In this document: positions 16,487 to 23,614 of the stretch, one piece after another
Numbering within the stretch: position 1 is the first letter of the stretch
How the letters are laid out: each line of letters starts with the position of its first letter
Assembly: GCA_001029695.1 (NCBI GenBank)
Contig: CP011211.1
Location: 540,001-572,000, forward strand
Length of the DNA: 32,000 nucleotides
DNA from: Candidatus Saccharimonadota bacterium
Lineage (GTDB): Bacteria > Patescibacteriota > Saccharimonadia > Saccharimonadales > Saccharimonadaceae
Direction of reading: 5' to 3'
Made by a program: the position numbers and the translations under genes
The notes under the pieces: model-generated
Told to the model about the DNA's origin: nothing
Database searches by the model: none
What the model saw: only the letters and a program-made list of their open reading frames with translations

Positions 16487-16725
16487 GATTCGGTTGAAGC
16501 TTATACCCCCTATGGGAATAATGTCTTCATGTCCATAATTAATGGGCGATATACAGTTGCCATTCGGCAGGCACCACATCCACTGCTATCTTTTTGCGTC
16601 TTGTAGACACAAACTCGATGGCTATTGGCATGGGTTTTTTGTACTCCTTGTACTATATGCAGCCCCGCGCACTTCGACCTTTAAAATTGTTATTTTTCGT
16701 GTTTTTGACGCGGAACACATAGATA

Positions 16726-16754
16726 ATAATAGCAAGCAAAGCAATCTACGTCAA
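16726..16754 (-). promoter_or_regulatory. sigma70-type promoter TTGACG-N17-TATTAT in the corA/dsbA convergent gap
   Basis: Minus strand reads TTGACG (16754-16749), a 17-nt spacer, then TATTAT (16731-16726). It points toward the bidirectional terminator about 250 nt away. Confidence 0.4.
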
Positions 16755-16791
16755 GACATGCGCGAGAATGATCTCGCTCTTGCTTATAATA

Positions 16792-17727
16792 TTAGAACAC
16801 TCGGAAGCGTTTTGCAAGAGAATATACAAGGAAAATCAACAGAACTGTGAAAAGTACAATTGCACCATACGCCCACGGCTCTTTTTCAAACGGCAGTGGC
16901 ACGTTCATGCCGTACATACCATAAAAAACATTTGGGAGCGCGATAAGAACCGTCAGAACGGTCAGCGTCTTCATTCGCATATTTAAAGTGTTATTGGCGA
17001 TAGTACTGTAGGCATTTCTAATACTTGTCACACTCTGCGAATGACTGCTTACCGCAGTGGTGAGTTGATCGATATAGAGCGTAAGGTCATCGAGCGCCTC
17101 GCAGTCCCTCTGAGAGAAAATACCGTGGGCGTTTTCTTTTAGACGGTCAGCGACTGCGTGCATACCTGCAAGATTAGAATGGTATTCATTTAAGTTGTCC
17201 TCAATCGTCACAAAATGAACAAAGTCAGCGTTATTTACTTCGTGAGTCCGAAGGCGTCGACCGATATCTTTTATATACCTACCCGTTCGATGAATGAGTG
17301 CCTCGTAGTCTGCCGTGATTGCAGCAAATGTACTCAGCAGAAGCGCACCTTTATCATCACTACGCGCATCACGATGCAGTGCGTCAATAATTTTACCCTC
17401 AGCCACGCTATTAGTCGACGTGAGCGTAATGTACGCATGCGGAGCGATAACTGCCAAAACTGGCATAGAGATCACTTCGCCGTGCTTCGTACGCTGAGCC
17501 GCCCGAAGAAACACGTAGAGTGCCTTCTGACTGTATTCAACACGCGGAAGTTCATACGCATCGCGAAGGTCACTGATGATGTTTGCGTCGAGCTGATGCA
17601 TCTTTACTACTTGATCAAGCTCATCGTCACTCGGCTGCTCAGCATGAGTCCACACACCTTCTGTTTCTGGTGTGTGGACTTGTCTAAATTTCTCACCCGG
17701 AGAATGCTTGGTATAGTGCCGTAGCAT
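16792..17727 (-). CDS. corA: CorA-family magnesium/cobalt transporter
   Basis: YGMNV (GMN) motif between two C-terminal TM helices, with a large N-terminal cytoplasmic domain. Confidence 0.9.
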   Translation of the reverse strand: MLRHYTKHSPGEKFRQVHTPETEGVWTHAEQPSDDELDQVVKMHQLDANIISDLRDAYELPRVEYSQKALYVFLRAAQRTKHGEVISMPVLAVIAPHAYITLTSTNSVAEGKIIDALHRDARSDDKGALLLSTFAAITADYEALIHRTGRYIKDIGRRLRTHEVNNADFVHFVTIEDNLNEYHSNLAGMHAVADRLKENAHGIFSQRDCEALDDLTLYIDQLTTAVSSHSQSVTSIRNAYSTIANNTLNMRMKTLTVLTVLIALPNVFYGMYGMNVPLPFEKEPWAYGAIVLFTVLLIFLVYSLAKRFRVF

Positions 17728-17754
17728 AACTATTGCCTAGTATACTGCTTTTGC

Positions 17755-19443
17755 TTATATCGCGCCAGGTGTGTCGTCAGGCTTTGCCTTGTGAAGTGGA
17801 CGTTCTTTTATGAGGAACACGAGCACAGATGCAACTGCCATAAGTACAGCTGAAGTCATAAAGATACTTCGCAGACTGTCACTAAACGCATGCGTCACTG
17901 ATGAGGCAAAATTGGCCTGATTTTCATTGAACTGCTTAGATGCTGTTTCTTGTAGCGGTGCTGGGAGTGGTGCAATCGACTTTTGGAACTGCTCGGTGAT
18001 CTTCGCCTTAGTGTCAGGCATGTTCAACGCAAGTAGCGTATTTGAGTCCGTAAGGTCGCCGAGCTGTTTTGCAGCAGGGCTACTCTTGAGTGACTGTATG
18101 TACGCGTCCTGTCCAACGTCAGTAAGGTGCGTAGCAATACCACTTGTGAGTACAGCGCCAAATAGTGCAACACCGATCGTTGAGCCAAGGCTACGGAAGA
18201 GCTGGTTCGAGCTTGTCGCCACACCTAGTTCGTGCTGTTTAAATTCGTTTTGAACAGCAAGGTTCATGACTGGCATAACAACACCAAGCCCCATTCCAAG
18301 GAACGTCATCATGATAGCCTCTTGCCAGTACTGGCTGTCAGGAGTCAATGTTGCGAGAAGTGCCACCATGACTGTTGCAAGCACGATACCAACTTGCATG
18401 AATATCTTGTAGCGACCCGTACGAGAAATAATCTGACCAGATCCAATACTTGTAAGCATCAGTCCACCCACAAGAGGAAGAAGCATCATACCTGATTCGG
18501 TTGGCGTTGCTCCAAATACTTGTTGATTAAACTGCGTAAGATAAAGGATTGCTCCCATAAATGCCGCACCAAACAAAGTGGCAATTCCCATGACAAGAAC
18601 GAAATTACGATTTTTGAACATATGCAGTGGTAGAATTGGTTCTTTCGAACGCTTCTCTACCCATATAAAGGCAGCGAGCGCAGCAGCTACGACGCTAAAC
18701 ATAATGACTCGCAACCAGACAAGCGTTAGCCCTGTCGCAGACATCAGGTCTGCAAAAATTGTCTCAGTGTTATCAACTGCAAGTACTGTCGTTGCAAGAA
18801 TAAGTGCAAGCAGTCCCGCCCCCATGTAGTCCACTCGTGGCTTCTTGGCATGCTTCAAACTCGGACAGTAAATAGAGATGAGTATAAACGCCATAATACC
18901 TACAGGAACGTTAATAAAGAAGGTCCAGCGCCAGTCAGTCGTCACATTGAAGAGCGTATGCCCGTCTGTCAACCAGCCTCCAAGGAGTGGCCCTACAACT
19001 GATGAAATACCAAACACGGCACCAATCAGTCCCTGCCACTTACCTCGCTCGCGAGCCTCGAAGAGGTCGCCGACAATCGTAAATGCGTTTGCAGTGATAA
19101 TACCACCGCCGATACCTTGGAGGGCACGCCACATAATCAGCTGCTCAACGCTTCCTGACAGTCCACTCAGTAGTGACCCTGCAGCGAAGATTGCTACACC
19201 GATAAGAAGTAGTGTTCGACGTCCGAACAAATCTGATAGTTTACCGGCAATCGGCACGGTAATAGTCGTAGTAATTAAGTATGCTGTAACGATCCAACTT
19301 AATGAACTGAACGCATTAAACTCTTCGGTAATTTTACCAAGAGCGGTTGCGATGATAGTTTGATCTAGTGCAACAAGAAAAAGACTTGCCATCACCGAGA
19401 TCATAATAATAAGCTTATTTCGAAGTGAAAGATGGTGATTCAT
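17755..19443 (-). CDS. MFS transporter, DHA2 (EmrB/QacA-like, 14 TM) drug:H+ antiporter family
   Basis: 562 aa. GKLSDLFGRR motif A, and LGPLLGGWL after TM5. Extra TM pair and long C-terminal region. Confidence 0.85.
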   Translation of the reverse strand: MNHHLSLRNKLIIMISVMASLFLVALDQTIIATALGKITEEFNAFSSLSWIVTAYLITTTITVPIAGKLSDLFGRRTLLLIGVAIFAAGSLLSGLSGSVEQLIMWRALQGIGGGIITANAFTIVGDLFEARERGKWQGLIGAVFGISSVVGPLLGGWLTDGHTLFNVTTDWRWTFFINVPVGIMAFILISIYCPSLKHAKKPRVDYMGAGLLALILATTVLAVDNTETIFADLMSATGLTLVWLRVIMFSVVAAALAAFIWVEKRSKEPILPLHMFKNRNFVLVMGIATLFGAAFMGAILYLTQFNQQVFGATPTESGMMLLPLVGGLMLTSIGSGQIISRTGRYKIFMQVGIVLATVMVALLATLTPDSQYWQEAIMMTFLGMGLGVVMPVMNLAVQNEFKQHELGVATSSNQLFRSLGSTIGVALFGAVLTSGIATHLTDVGQDAYIQSLKSSPAAKQLGDLTDSNTLLALNMPDTKAKITEQFQKSIAPLPAPLQETASKQFNENQANFASSVTHAFSDSLRSIFMTSAVLMAVASVLVFLIKERPLHKAKPDDTPGAI

Positions 19444-19688
19444 TAGTCGCGGGCATCTTTCTGCTCATCAAGTGCTTCTTTGTAAATCTCTATATTGTCA
19501 GTAAGATGAGAGAGCATTTCACGAAGTTGATCTTCCTGAATAAAGCTTACCCATTTACCGTGCTTTGAGCCAAGAACGTAGAGTCGGTCGCCCGCTTTGA
19601 TACCTAGCTGCTCGCGCGCATCTGATGGTATGACCACCTGACCTTTCGTACCTACCGTAGCGGTACCGTATAATTTTTTATCATGCAT
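19443..19688 (-). CDS. AbrB/MazE/SpoVT-family DNA-binding protein
   Basis: GTKGQVVIPSDAREQLGIKAGDRLYV swapped-hairpin motif. TAATG stop/start overlap with the MFS gene. AAGGAGG lies upstream. Confidence 0.8.
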   Translation of the reverse strand: MHDKKLYGTATVGTKGQVVIPSDAREQLGIKAGDRLYVLGSKHGKWVSFIQEDQLREMLSHLTDNIEIYKEALDEQKDARD

Positions 19689-19712
19689 AGTGTCTATGCC
19701 TCCTTCATACTA

Positions 19713-19742
19713 ATTGTACAAAAAGTATGAAAAGTATGTCAA
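19713..19742 (-). promoter_or_regulatory. sigma70-type promoter TTGACA-N18-TACAAT of the abrB-MFS operon
   Basis: Minus strand reads TTGACA (19742-19737), then TACAAT (19718-19713), followed by a leader of about 18 nt containing the SD motif. Confidence 0.55.
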
Positions 19743-19746
19743 GTAT
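19723..19746. repeat. three AAGTAT hexamers at 9-bp period (includes tandem AAAAGTATG x2)
   Basis: AAGTAT at 19723-19728, 19732-19737 and 19741-19746. The repeats span the spacer and -35 of the abrB promoter. Confidence 0.5.
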
Positions 19747-19776
19747 AATTTATGACACTACGGAAGATTGTACGAA

Positions 19777-19959
19777 CTACTGATGCGATGCCAGGCTATG
19801 ACGTCTCGGTAGGCGCATTGCCTCATAATCAAGATCTGTCGTTTGAGCATCACTTCGTCGTACTGTCGAATGGTGAGACTCGTCAAAAGTAGCTAGTTTT
19901 CGTTGGATAAAATTGTTGATTTTTGCGTCGATGTACGCATAGTTTCGCGTTCGCTTCAT
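19777..19959 (-). CDS. hypothetical small protein (60 aa)
   Basis: ATG 19959 is preceded by GAGGAGG at 7 nt. The promoter has a CRP-type box. No motif recognised. Confidence 0.5.
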   Translation of the reverse strand: MKRTRNYAYIDAKINNFIQRKLATFDESHHSTVRRSDAQTTDLDYEAMRLPRRHSLASHQ

Positions 19960-19990
19960 ACACAACCCTCCTCGTTACTAATGCTCTTTT

Positions 19991-19996
19991 ACTATA
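19991..19996 (-). promoter_or_regulatory. -10 box TATAGT of the 60-codon ORF
   Basis: Minus strand TATAGT lies 21 nt downstream of the CRP-type box at 20018-20033. Confidence 0.4.
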
Positions 19997-20017
19997 CGTG
20001 TTTTATTGAACCATCGC

Positions 20018-20033
20018 TGTGACTAATCTTACA
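20018..20033. promoter_or_regulatory. CRP/FNR-family box TGTGA-CTAATC-TTACA
   Basis: 9 of 10 core positions match. It shares the 9-nt flank+half-site TCGCTGTGA with the box at 11182. It lies between the crp/fnr gene and the divergent small ORF. Confidence 0.5.
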
Positions 20034-20043
20034 GATAACCCGT

Positions 20044-20049
20044 TAAAAT
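20044..20049 (+). promoter_or_regulatory. -10 box TAAAAT 7 nt upstream of the crp/fnr ATG (leaderless-type)
   Basis: TAAAAT-ATTCATT-ATG with no SD motif. Confidence 0.4.
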
Positions 20050-20056
20050 ATTCATT

Positions 20057-20752
20057 ATGCCGCCACAGTGGTATGATAGATACATGGAAGCACTTGCATC
20101 ACTTCCCCTCGATAAGTCAACAACAAGATCTATAAAGAAGCGAACAATCTTGCTGTATCAAGGAGAGGTTCCACGACAAGCCTATCTCGTACAAAAAGGT
20201 GCGGTTAAAGTCTATCGCCTTGGAAGGAATGGTGAAGAGCAGATTATTGGATTTCGCATGCCTGGAGACGTCTTCCCAGAAACATGGATATTCGGTAGGA
20301 TCTCGAGTGCACTTTACTACTACGAAGCCCTTGAAGACTGCGAAATTATTACTGCTGAGCGAACTGTATTACGTGAGCATATTCGTCTTCATCCTGAAGT
20401 AGAGGCTGATTTACTCGACTATTTTATCAATAGTCATACGACACAGCTCTTACAAATCACCGCCCTCGAACAGTCGCGAGCAGCAGACAAGCTCCTACTT
20501 ATGCTCTACTACTTGCTTTTTGGGTATACAAAAAAACTTCATGATCAGCAGTACGAACTCAAATTTCATCTGACCCATACGACGCTTGGAAACCTCACCG
20601 GTCTCACACGAGAGACTACAAGCGTTGAGCTTGGTAAGCTAAGAAAAAAGGGAATTGTGAGCTATACGGGTACACAATTCATCATTCACAAAGATGCACT
20701 GCTTTCTCATCTTTCAAAAGAGAGCTTTAGCGACGTCCAGATTGCGCCGTAG
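20057..20752 (+). CDS. Crp/Fnr family transcriptional regulator
   Basis: N-terminal cNMP-binding beta-roll (LYQGEVPRQAYLVQKGAVKVYRL..GEEQIIGF) and C-terminal HTH TLGNLTGLTRETTSVELGKLRKKGIV. There are no N-terminal Cys, so it is not FNR-type. Confidence 0.88.
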   Translation: MPPQWYDRYMEALASLPLDKSTTRSIKKRTILLYQGEVPRQAYLVQKGAVKVYRLGRNGEEQIIGFRMPGDVFPETWIFGRISSALYYYEALEDCEIITAERTVLREHIRLHPEVEADLLDYFINSHTTQLLQITALEQSRAADKLLLMLYYLLFGYTKKLHDQQYELKFHLTHTTLGNLTGLTRETTSVELGKLRKKGIVSYTGTQFIIHKDALLSHLSKESFSDVQIAP

Positions 20753-21119
20753 CGCCGAGCGTATCTTCTACAAGATTCAAAATATCGCGTGGCGAAGCCC
20801 ATGCTTTTAAGATGTAGCGTTCGGCACCTAGCTGATACGCCTCATCAATCTCATCTTGCATGTCATAGTTGCTAAACACTACTACCTTGACTTCAGGATG
20901 CTCATGAATAAGGTCGTACTCACGTAAAAATCCAACACCATCGAGAATCGGCATGCGAAGATCCAAGAGGATAAGGTCCGGCTCAAAAGTAGTTAATTTT
21001 TCTAATGCATCTCTGCCATCGTGCGCAACCTGAACGTCATACTTCGCTTGTTTCAAAAGCGTGTAGTAAGCCTCAGAAAGCGTCACCTCGTCTTCAACAA
21101 TCAATATTTTCTTTGCCAT
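20727..21119 (-). CDS. stand-alone response-regulator receiver (CheY-like, no output domain)
   Basis: ILIVEDE, DLILLDLRMP, VVVFSN and ILKAW motifs. 130 aa. The 3' end overlaps crp/fnr by 26 nt. Confidence 0.88.
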   Translation of the reverse strand: MAKKILIVEDEVTLSEAYYTLLKQAKYDVQVAHDGRDALEKLTTFEPDLILLDLRMPILDGVGFLREYDLIHEHPEVKVVVFSNYDMQDEIDEAYQLGAERYILKAWASPRDILNLVEDTLGATAQSGRR

Positions 21120-21127
21120 TACAGATA

Positions 21128-21133
21128 ATTATA
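21128..21133 (-). promoter_or_regulatory. possible internal -10 box TATAAT 8 nt upstream of the receiver ATG
   Basis: Minus strand reads TATAAT-TATCTGTA-ATG in the 46-bp gap after the kinase gene. Confidence 0.3.
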
Positions 21134-21165
21134 TCCTGTCTTATTTTCTACGGCTATGAGATTTT

Positions 21166-22971
21166 TCACAATTCTTCCTGCTGGTACGGAATAAAGACCG
21201 TGAATGTAGCACCCTTGCCAAGCTGAGACTCAACACTCACGGTGCCGTTATGCAGCAATATCAGATGTCTCGCAAGATATAACCCGACGCCAGTCCCGGA
21301 AACACTATGACTACGTGGGTTCATTACTCGCGAAAACTGCTTAAAGAGTTTTGACTGGTCGGCTTCATCTATTCCGACACCAGTATCTTTCACAGAAAGC
21401 GTATAGCCATCATCTCCGCGGGCAAGTCGCACCGCTATGCGTCCACCGGGATCAGTATATTTTATTGCATTACTAATCAGATTTTCAACAACCATCCGAA
21501 GCATATGATTATCGGCATAGATTGAGGCTTTCTTTATACCCGACAAACTTACTTTAAGCTGTGCCGCAACACTATCATTTCGTTGTTCATCGATAACATC
21601 CCGGACGATCTCAGCAAGATCAAAATCACTTTTAGCGAGTATGATACGCCCCTGTTCAAGCTTTGCAAGATGAAGAATGTCGTTGATCACCTGCAGTTGA
21701 CGTTCATTACTTTGATAAGCTTTTTCCAAAAAGTCTTTCTGTTGTGGCGAAATATCTCCCGCAAATCCCTGCAGTACCATGCCGACATACTGCTTCACAC
21801 CGGTAGCTGGTGTCCGTAACTGGTGTGATGCCAGTGAGAGTAAGTCATCTTTGGCTCCTGCCACGTCACGCTCTTTCTCAAAAAGTAGCCGGTGATGGCG
21901 CGAGCGAAGATAATAAAACGCTACCACACCCACGAGCAGTGCAAGCATGGTGCCAAATATTGCCGTGTAAAATGGTGCGAATACTTGCTGCCGCGACACA
22001 AGAGCATCATCTTTAAACGTATACTCAACGGTAAAATGCTGACCGTAAGCAATGAGCTGCTGCGTTCGTCTCATCGCTCCTTCTAGATGTGGCGTCGATC
22101 TATACAGCTCGACCTCGTCTTCCCCCTTTCCGGACGTCACTCGAACCCCTATTCTGTCATTGTCGATGCGTTTAAATATTGTCGAGAATAAATCACGCGC
22201 CTGAAATGAGGCGTATATATGACCGCGAAGCGCTTTGAGTCGCTCATCGGCAGTTGAAAGCGGCATCGTTTGATCGTAGTACGGTGCGTACATAATCAAC
22301 CCAGTCTCTGAAAATGACTGTGCAGCTTGTGCATTTTTAAATAACTGCAATGTGTTGCTTAACGTGATTTCACCAGACTTTGATGACTCATCCATAGCCT
22401 GCCTCCTGACGGATTCAGATCGAGCATCATACCCCACTGCGTTACTAGTCACTGACGTCATCGGTTCGATATAGGCAATAATCTCACTCGGTTGATTTGT
22501 ATCACCAGAAGTGAATACGATATCCCGTCCATACTGCTGGCTGAGTGTATCACGCACCGACTCACGCTGCTCAGGAGTAATATATTTAGAAACACCAAAT
22601 GCATATATTGCAGGAAACGAAGTCGGTAGCTTATATGTTCCTGCAAATTGTCGCCAAGAATCGACGGTGACCTCACCTGAATTCACTCGGCCAACTCCAC
22701 TCCAAAGAAGCTGGGCATACCCATTCAGATTTGCATTAACTTGTAATTCTGTTTCTTTAAGTTGCTTATCCATCGCCTGGTTCTGAACATTGGAAAGATT
22801 TCGCTGCATAACAGCAGCAATCATCGCCGTCATAAAAGCAATCGAAAGCATAACTAAAAGTGGAATGATAATAAAATCACTCGAAAGGTTTTTAAAGCGC
22901 TGCTGTATGTCTTGATAAAATCTTTTCATAACAAAATATCTCTCCCTCACTATAGGTGCATCAGCATCCAT
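21166..22971 (-). CDS. sensor histidine kinase with a CHASE-like extracytoplasmic domain
   Basis: Two TM helices bracket about 290 aa containing IAYIEPMTSVTSNAVGYDARSESVRRQAMDESSKSGEITLS (CHASE-like). H-box SHQLRTP, N-box ENLISNAIKY, G-boxes DTGVGI and GTGVGL. The start is uncertain (ATG 22971 or 22929). TTG 23007 was rejected because it lies inside the hsp20 promoter. Confidence 0.85.
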   Translation of the reverse strand: MDADAPIVRERYFVMKRFYQDIQQRFKNLSSDFIIIPLLVMLSIAFMTAMIAAVMQRNLSNVQNQAMDKQLKETELQVNANLNGYAQLLWSGVGRVNSGEVTVDSWRQFAGTYKLPTSFPAIYAFGVSKYITPEQRESVRDTLSQQYGRDIVFTSGDTNQPSEIIAYIEPMTSVTSNAVGYDARSESVRRQAMDESSKSGEITLSNTLQLFKNAQAAQSFSETGLIMYAPYYDQTMPLSTADERLKALRGHIYASFQARDLFSTIFKRIDNDRIGVRVTSGKGEDEVELYRSTPHLEGAMRRTQQLIAYGQHFTVEYTFKDDALVSRQQVFAPFYTAIFGTMLALLVGVVAFYYLRSRHHRLLFEKERDVAGAKDDLLSLASHQLRTPATGVKQYVGMVLQGFAGDISPQQKDFLEKAYQSNERQLQVINDILHLAKLEQGRIILAKSDFDLAEIVRDVIDEQRNDSVAAQLKVSLSGIKKASIYADNHMLRMVVENLISNAIKYTDPGGRIAVRLARGDDGYTLSVKDTGVGIDEADQSKLFKQFSRVMNPRSHSVSGTGVGLYLARHLILLHNGTVSVESQLGKGATFTVFIPYQQEEL

Positions 22972-22985
22972 GGTCAATTCACGCA

Positions 22986-23016
22986 GCTTGAAGTATCGAA
23001 AGCTCAAGCATATAAT
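22986..23016 (+). promoter_or_regulatory. hsp20 promoter TTGAAG-N17-TATAAT overlaid by inverted repeat GCTTGA-N12-TCAAGC (HAIR-like)
   Basis: -35 at 22988-22993 and -10 at 23011-23016. The inverted-repeat arms are at 22986-22991 and 23004-23009. The element reads CTTGAaGT-N7-gCTCAAG against the HAIR consensus CTTGAGT-N7-ACTCAAG. Confidence 0.5.
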
Positions 23017-23084
23017 AAAGATACAGGAGCATTAGCGCTTCTCATGCCGTTACAATGACACATCTAACGAAAGGAGAAATAATA

Positions 23085-23516
23085 ATGAACAAGCTTGTCC
23101 GATATGATCCATTTGTTGAGCTGAATGCTCTGCAAAAACAATTTCTTGGTGACGATTGGTTGACGCCGTTTAAGGGAGTGAATATCCCTACAACTGACGT
23201 ATACACAAAAGACAACGAGCTTCGCGTTGAGGTACATCTTCCGAACTTCAACCAAGAAGATGTCGATATTCAAGTAAATGATGGCGCATTAACCATCCAG
23301 GCTGAGCGTCACGAAAAAGAAGAAGATAAGTCAAAAAAATATGTTGTCCGCGAAAGTAGTAGCAGTTTCTACCGTCGCATTCAGCTTCCTGAACGAGCAA
23401 ATACCGACAAGATCGATGCCCATCTCGAAGATGGCGTTCTCAGTGTGACCGTTCCACTCACGCCACTTCCTGAGCCAAAAAAGATTTCAGTGTCGACAAA
23501 AGACAAAAAGAAGTAG
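23085..23516 (+). CDS. Hsp20/alpha-crystallin family small heat-shock protein
   Basis: Alpha-crystallin domain (LRVEVHLPNF...DGALTIQAERHEKEE...FYRRIQLPE...DGVLSVTVP). AAAGGAG lies 8 nt upstream of ATG 23085. Confidence 0.9.
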   Translation: MNKLVRYDPFVELNALQKQFLGDDWLTPFKGVNIPTTDVYTKDNELRVEVHLPNFNQEDVDIQVNDGALTIQAERHEKEEDKSKKYVVRESSSSFYRRIQLPERANTDKIDAHLEDGVLSVTVPLTPLPEPKKISVSTKDKKK

Positions 23517-23601
23517 CATCAACTATTTGCGCTGCGACAGCTCACTCGAGCCGTAAGTATAAAACTGACACTATCCACTTCTTTGTCTAGAGGTTTAACG
23601 T

Positions 23602-23607
23602 TATAAT
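23602..23607 (+). promoter_or_regulatory. -10 box TATAAT 7 nt upstream of the crtE ATG (leaderless-type promoter of the crt operon)
   Basis: TATAAT-AGCCTAA-ATG with no SD motif. Confidence 0.45.
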
Positions 23608-23614
23608 AGCCTAA

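Noticed and set aside
16542-16850. 102-aa plus-strand ORF in the dsbA/corA gap
   Set aside because: It starts right after a strong terminator with no promoter or SD motif, runs 59 nt into the corA 3' end, and is Cys/His/Phe-rich. The minus-strand signals in this gap are more coherent (see finding).
17215-17724. 169-aa plus-strand ORF opposite corA
   Set aside because: It lies entirely antisense to a CorA gene with a clear GMN motif. It has no promoter or SD motif, and its composition is Cys/Arg-rich, typical of non-coding frames.
18878-19363. 161-aa plus-strand ORF (and others at 17927-18829) opposite the DHA2 pump
   Set aside because: These are antisense shadows of a hydrophobic membrane-protein gene. 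The Pro/Ser/Arg-rich translations have no motifs.
23007-23007. N-terminal extensions offered by the ORF track: 5512 (MscS), 23007 TTG (kinase), 23055 (hsp20), 25470 (crtI), 27307 (crtYf), 15635 GTG (CBS protein), 10373 GTG
   Set aside because: In each case an internal ATG is better supported by an SD motif, a TANNNT box at 6-9 nt, or an ATGA/TGATG coupling overlap. The extension would also run through a promoter or the neighbouring gene.
23028-23050. Possible CIRCE element (TTAGCGCTT) upstream of hsp20
   Set aside because: There is only one degenerate half-site. No inverted partner GAGTGCTAA lies within the expected 9-nt spacing.
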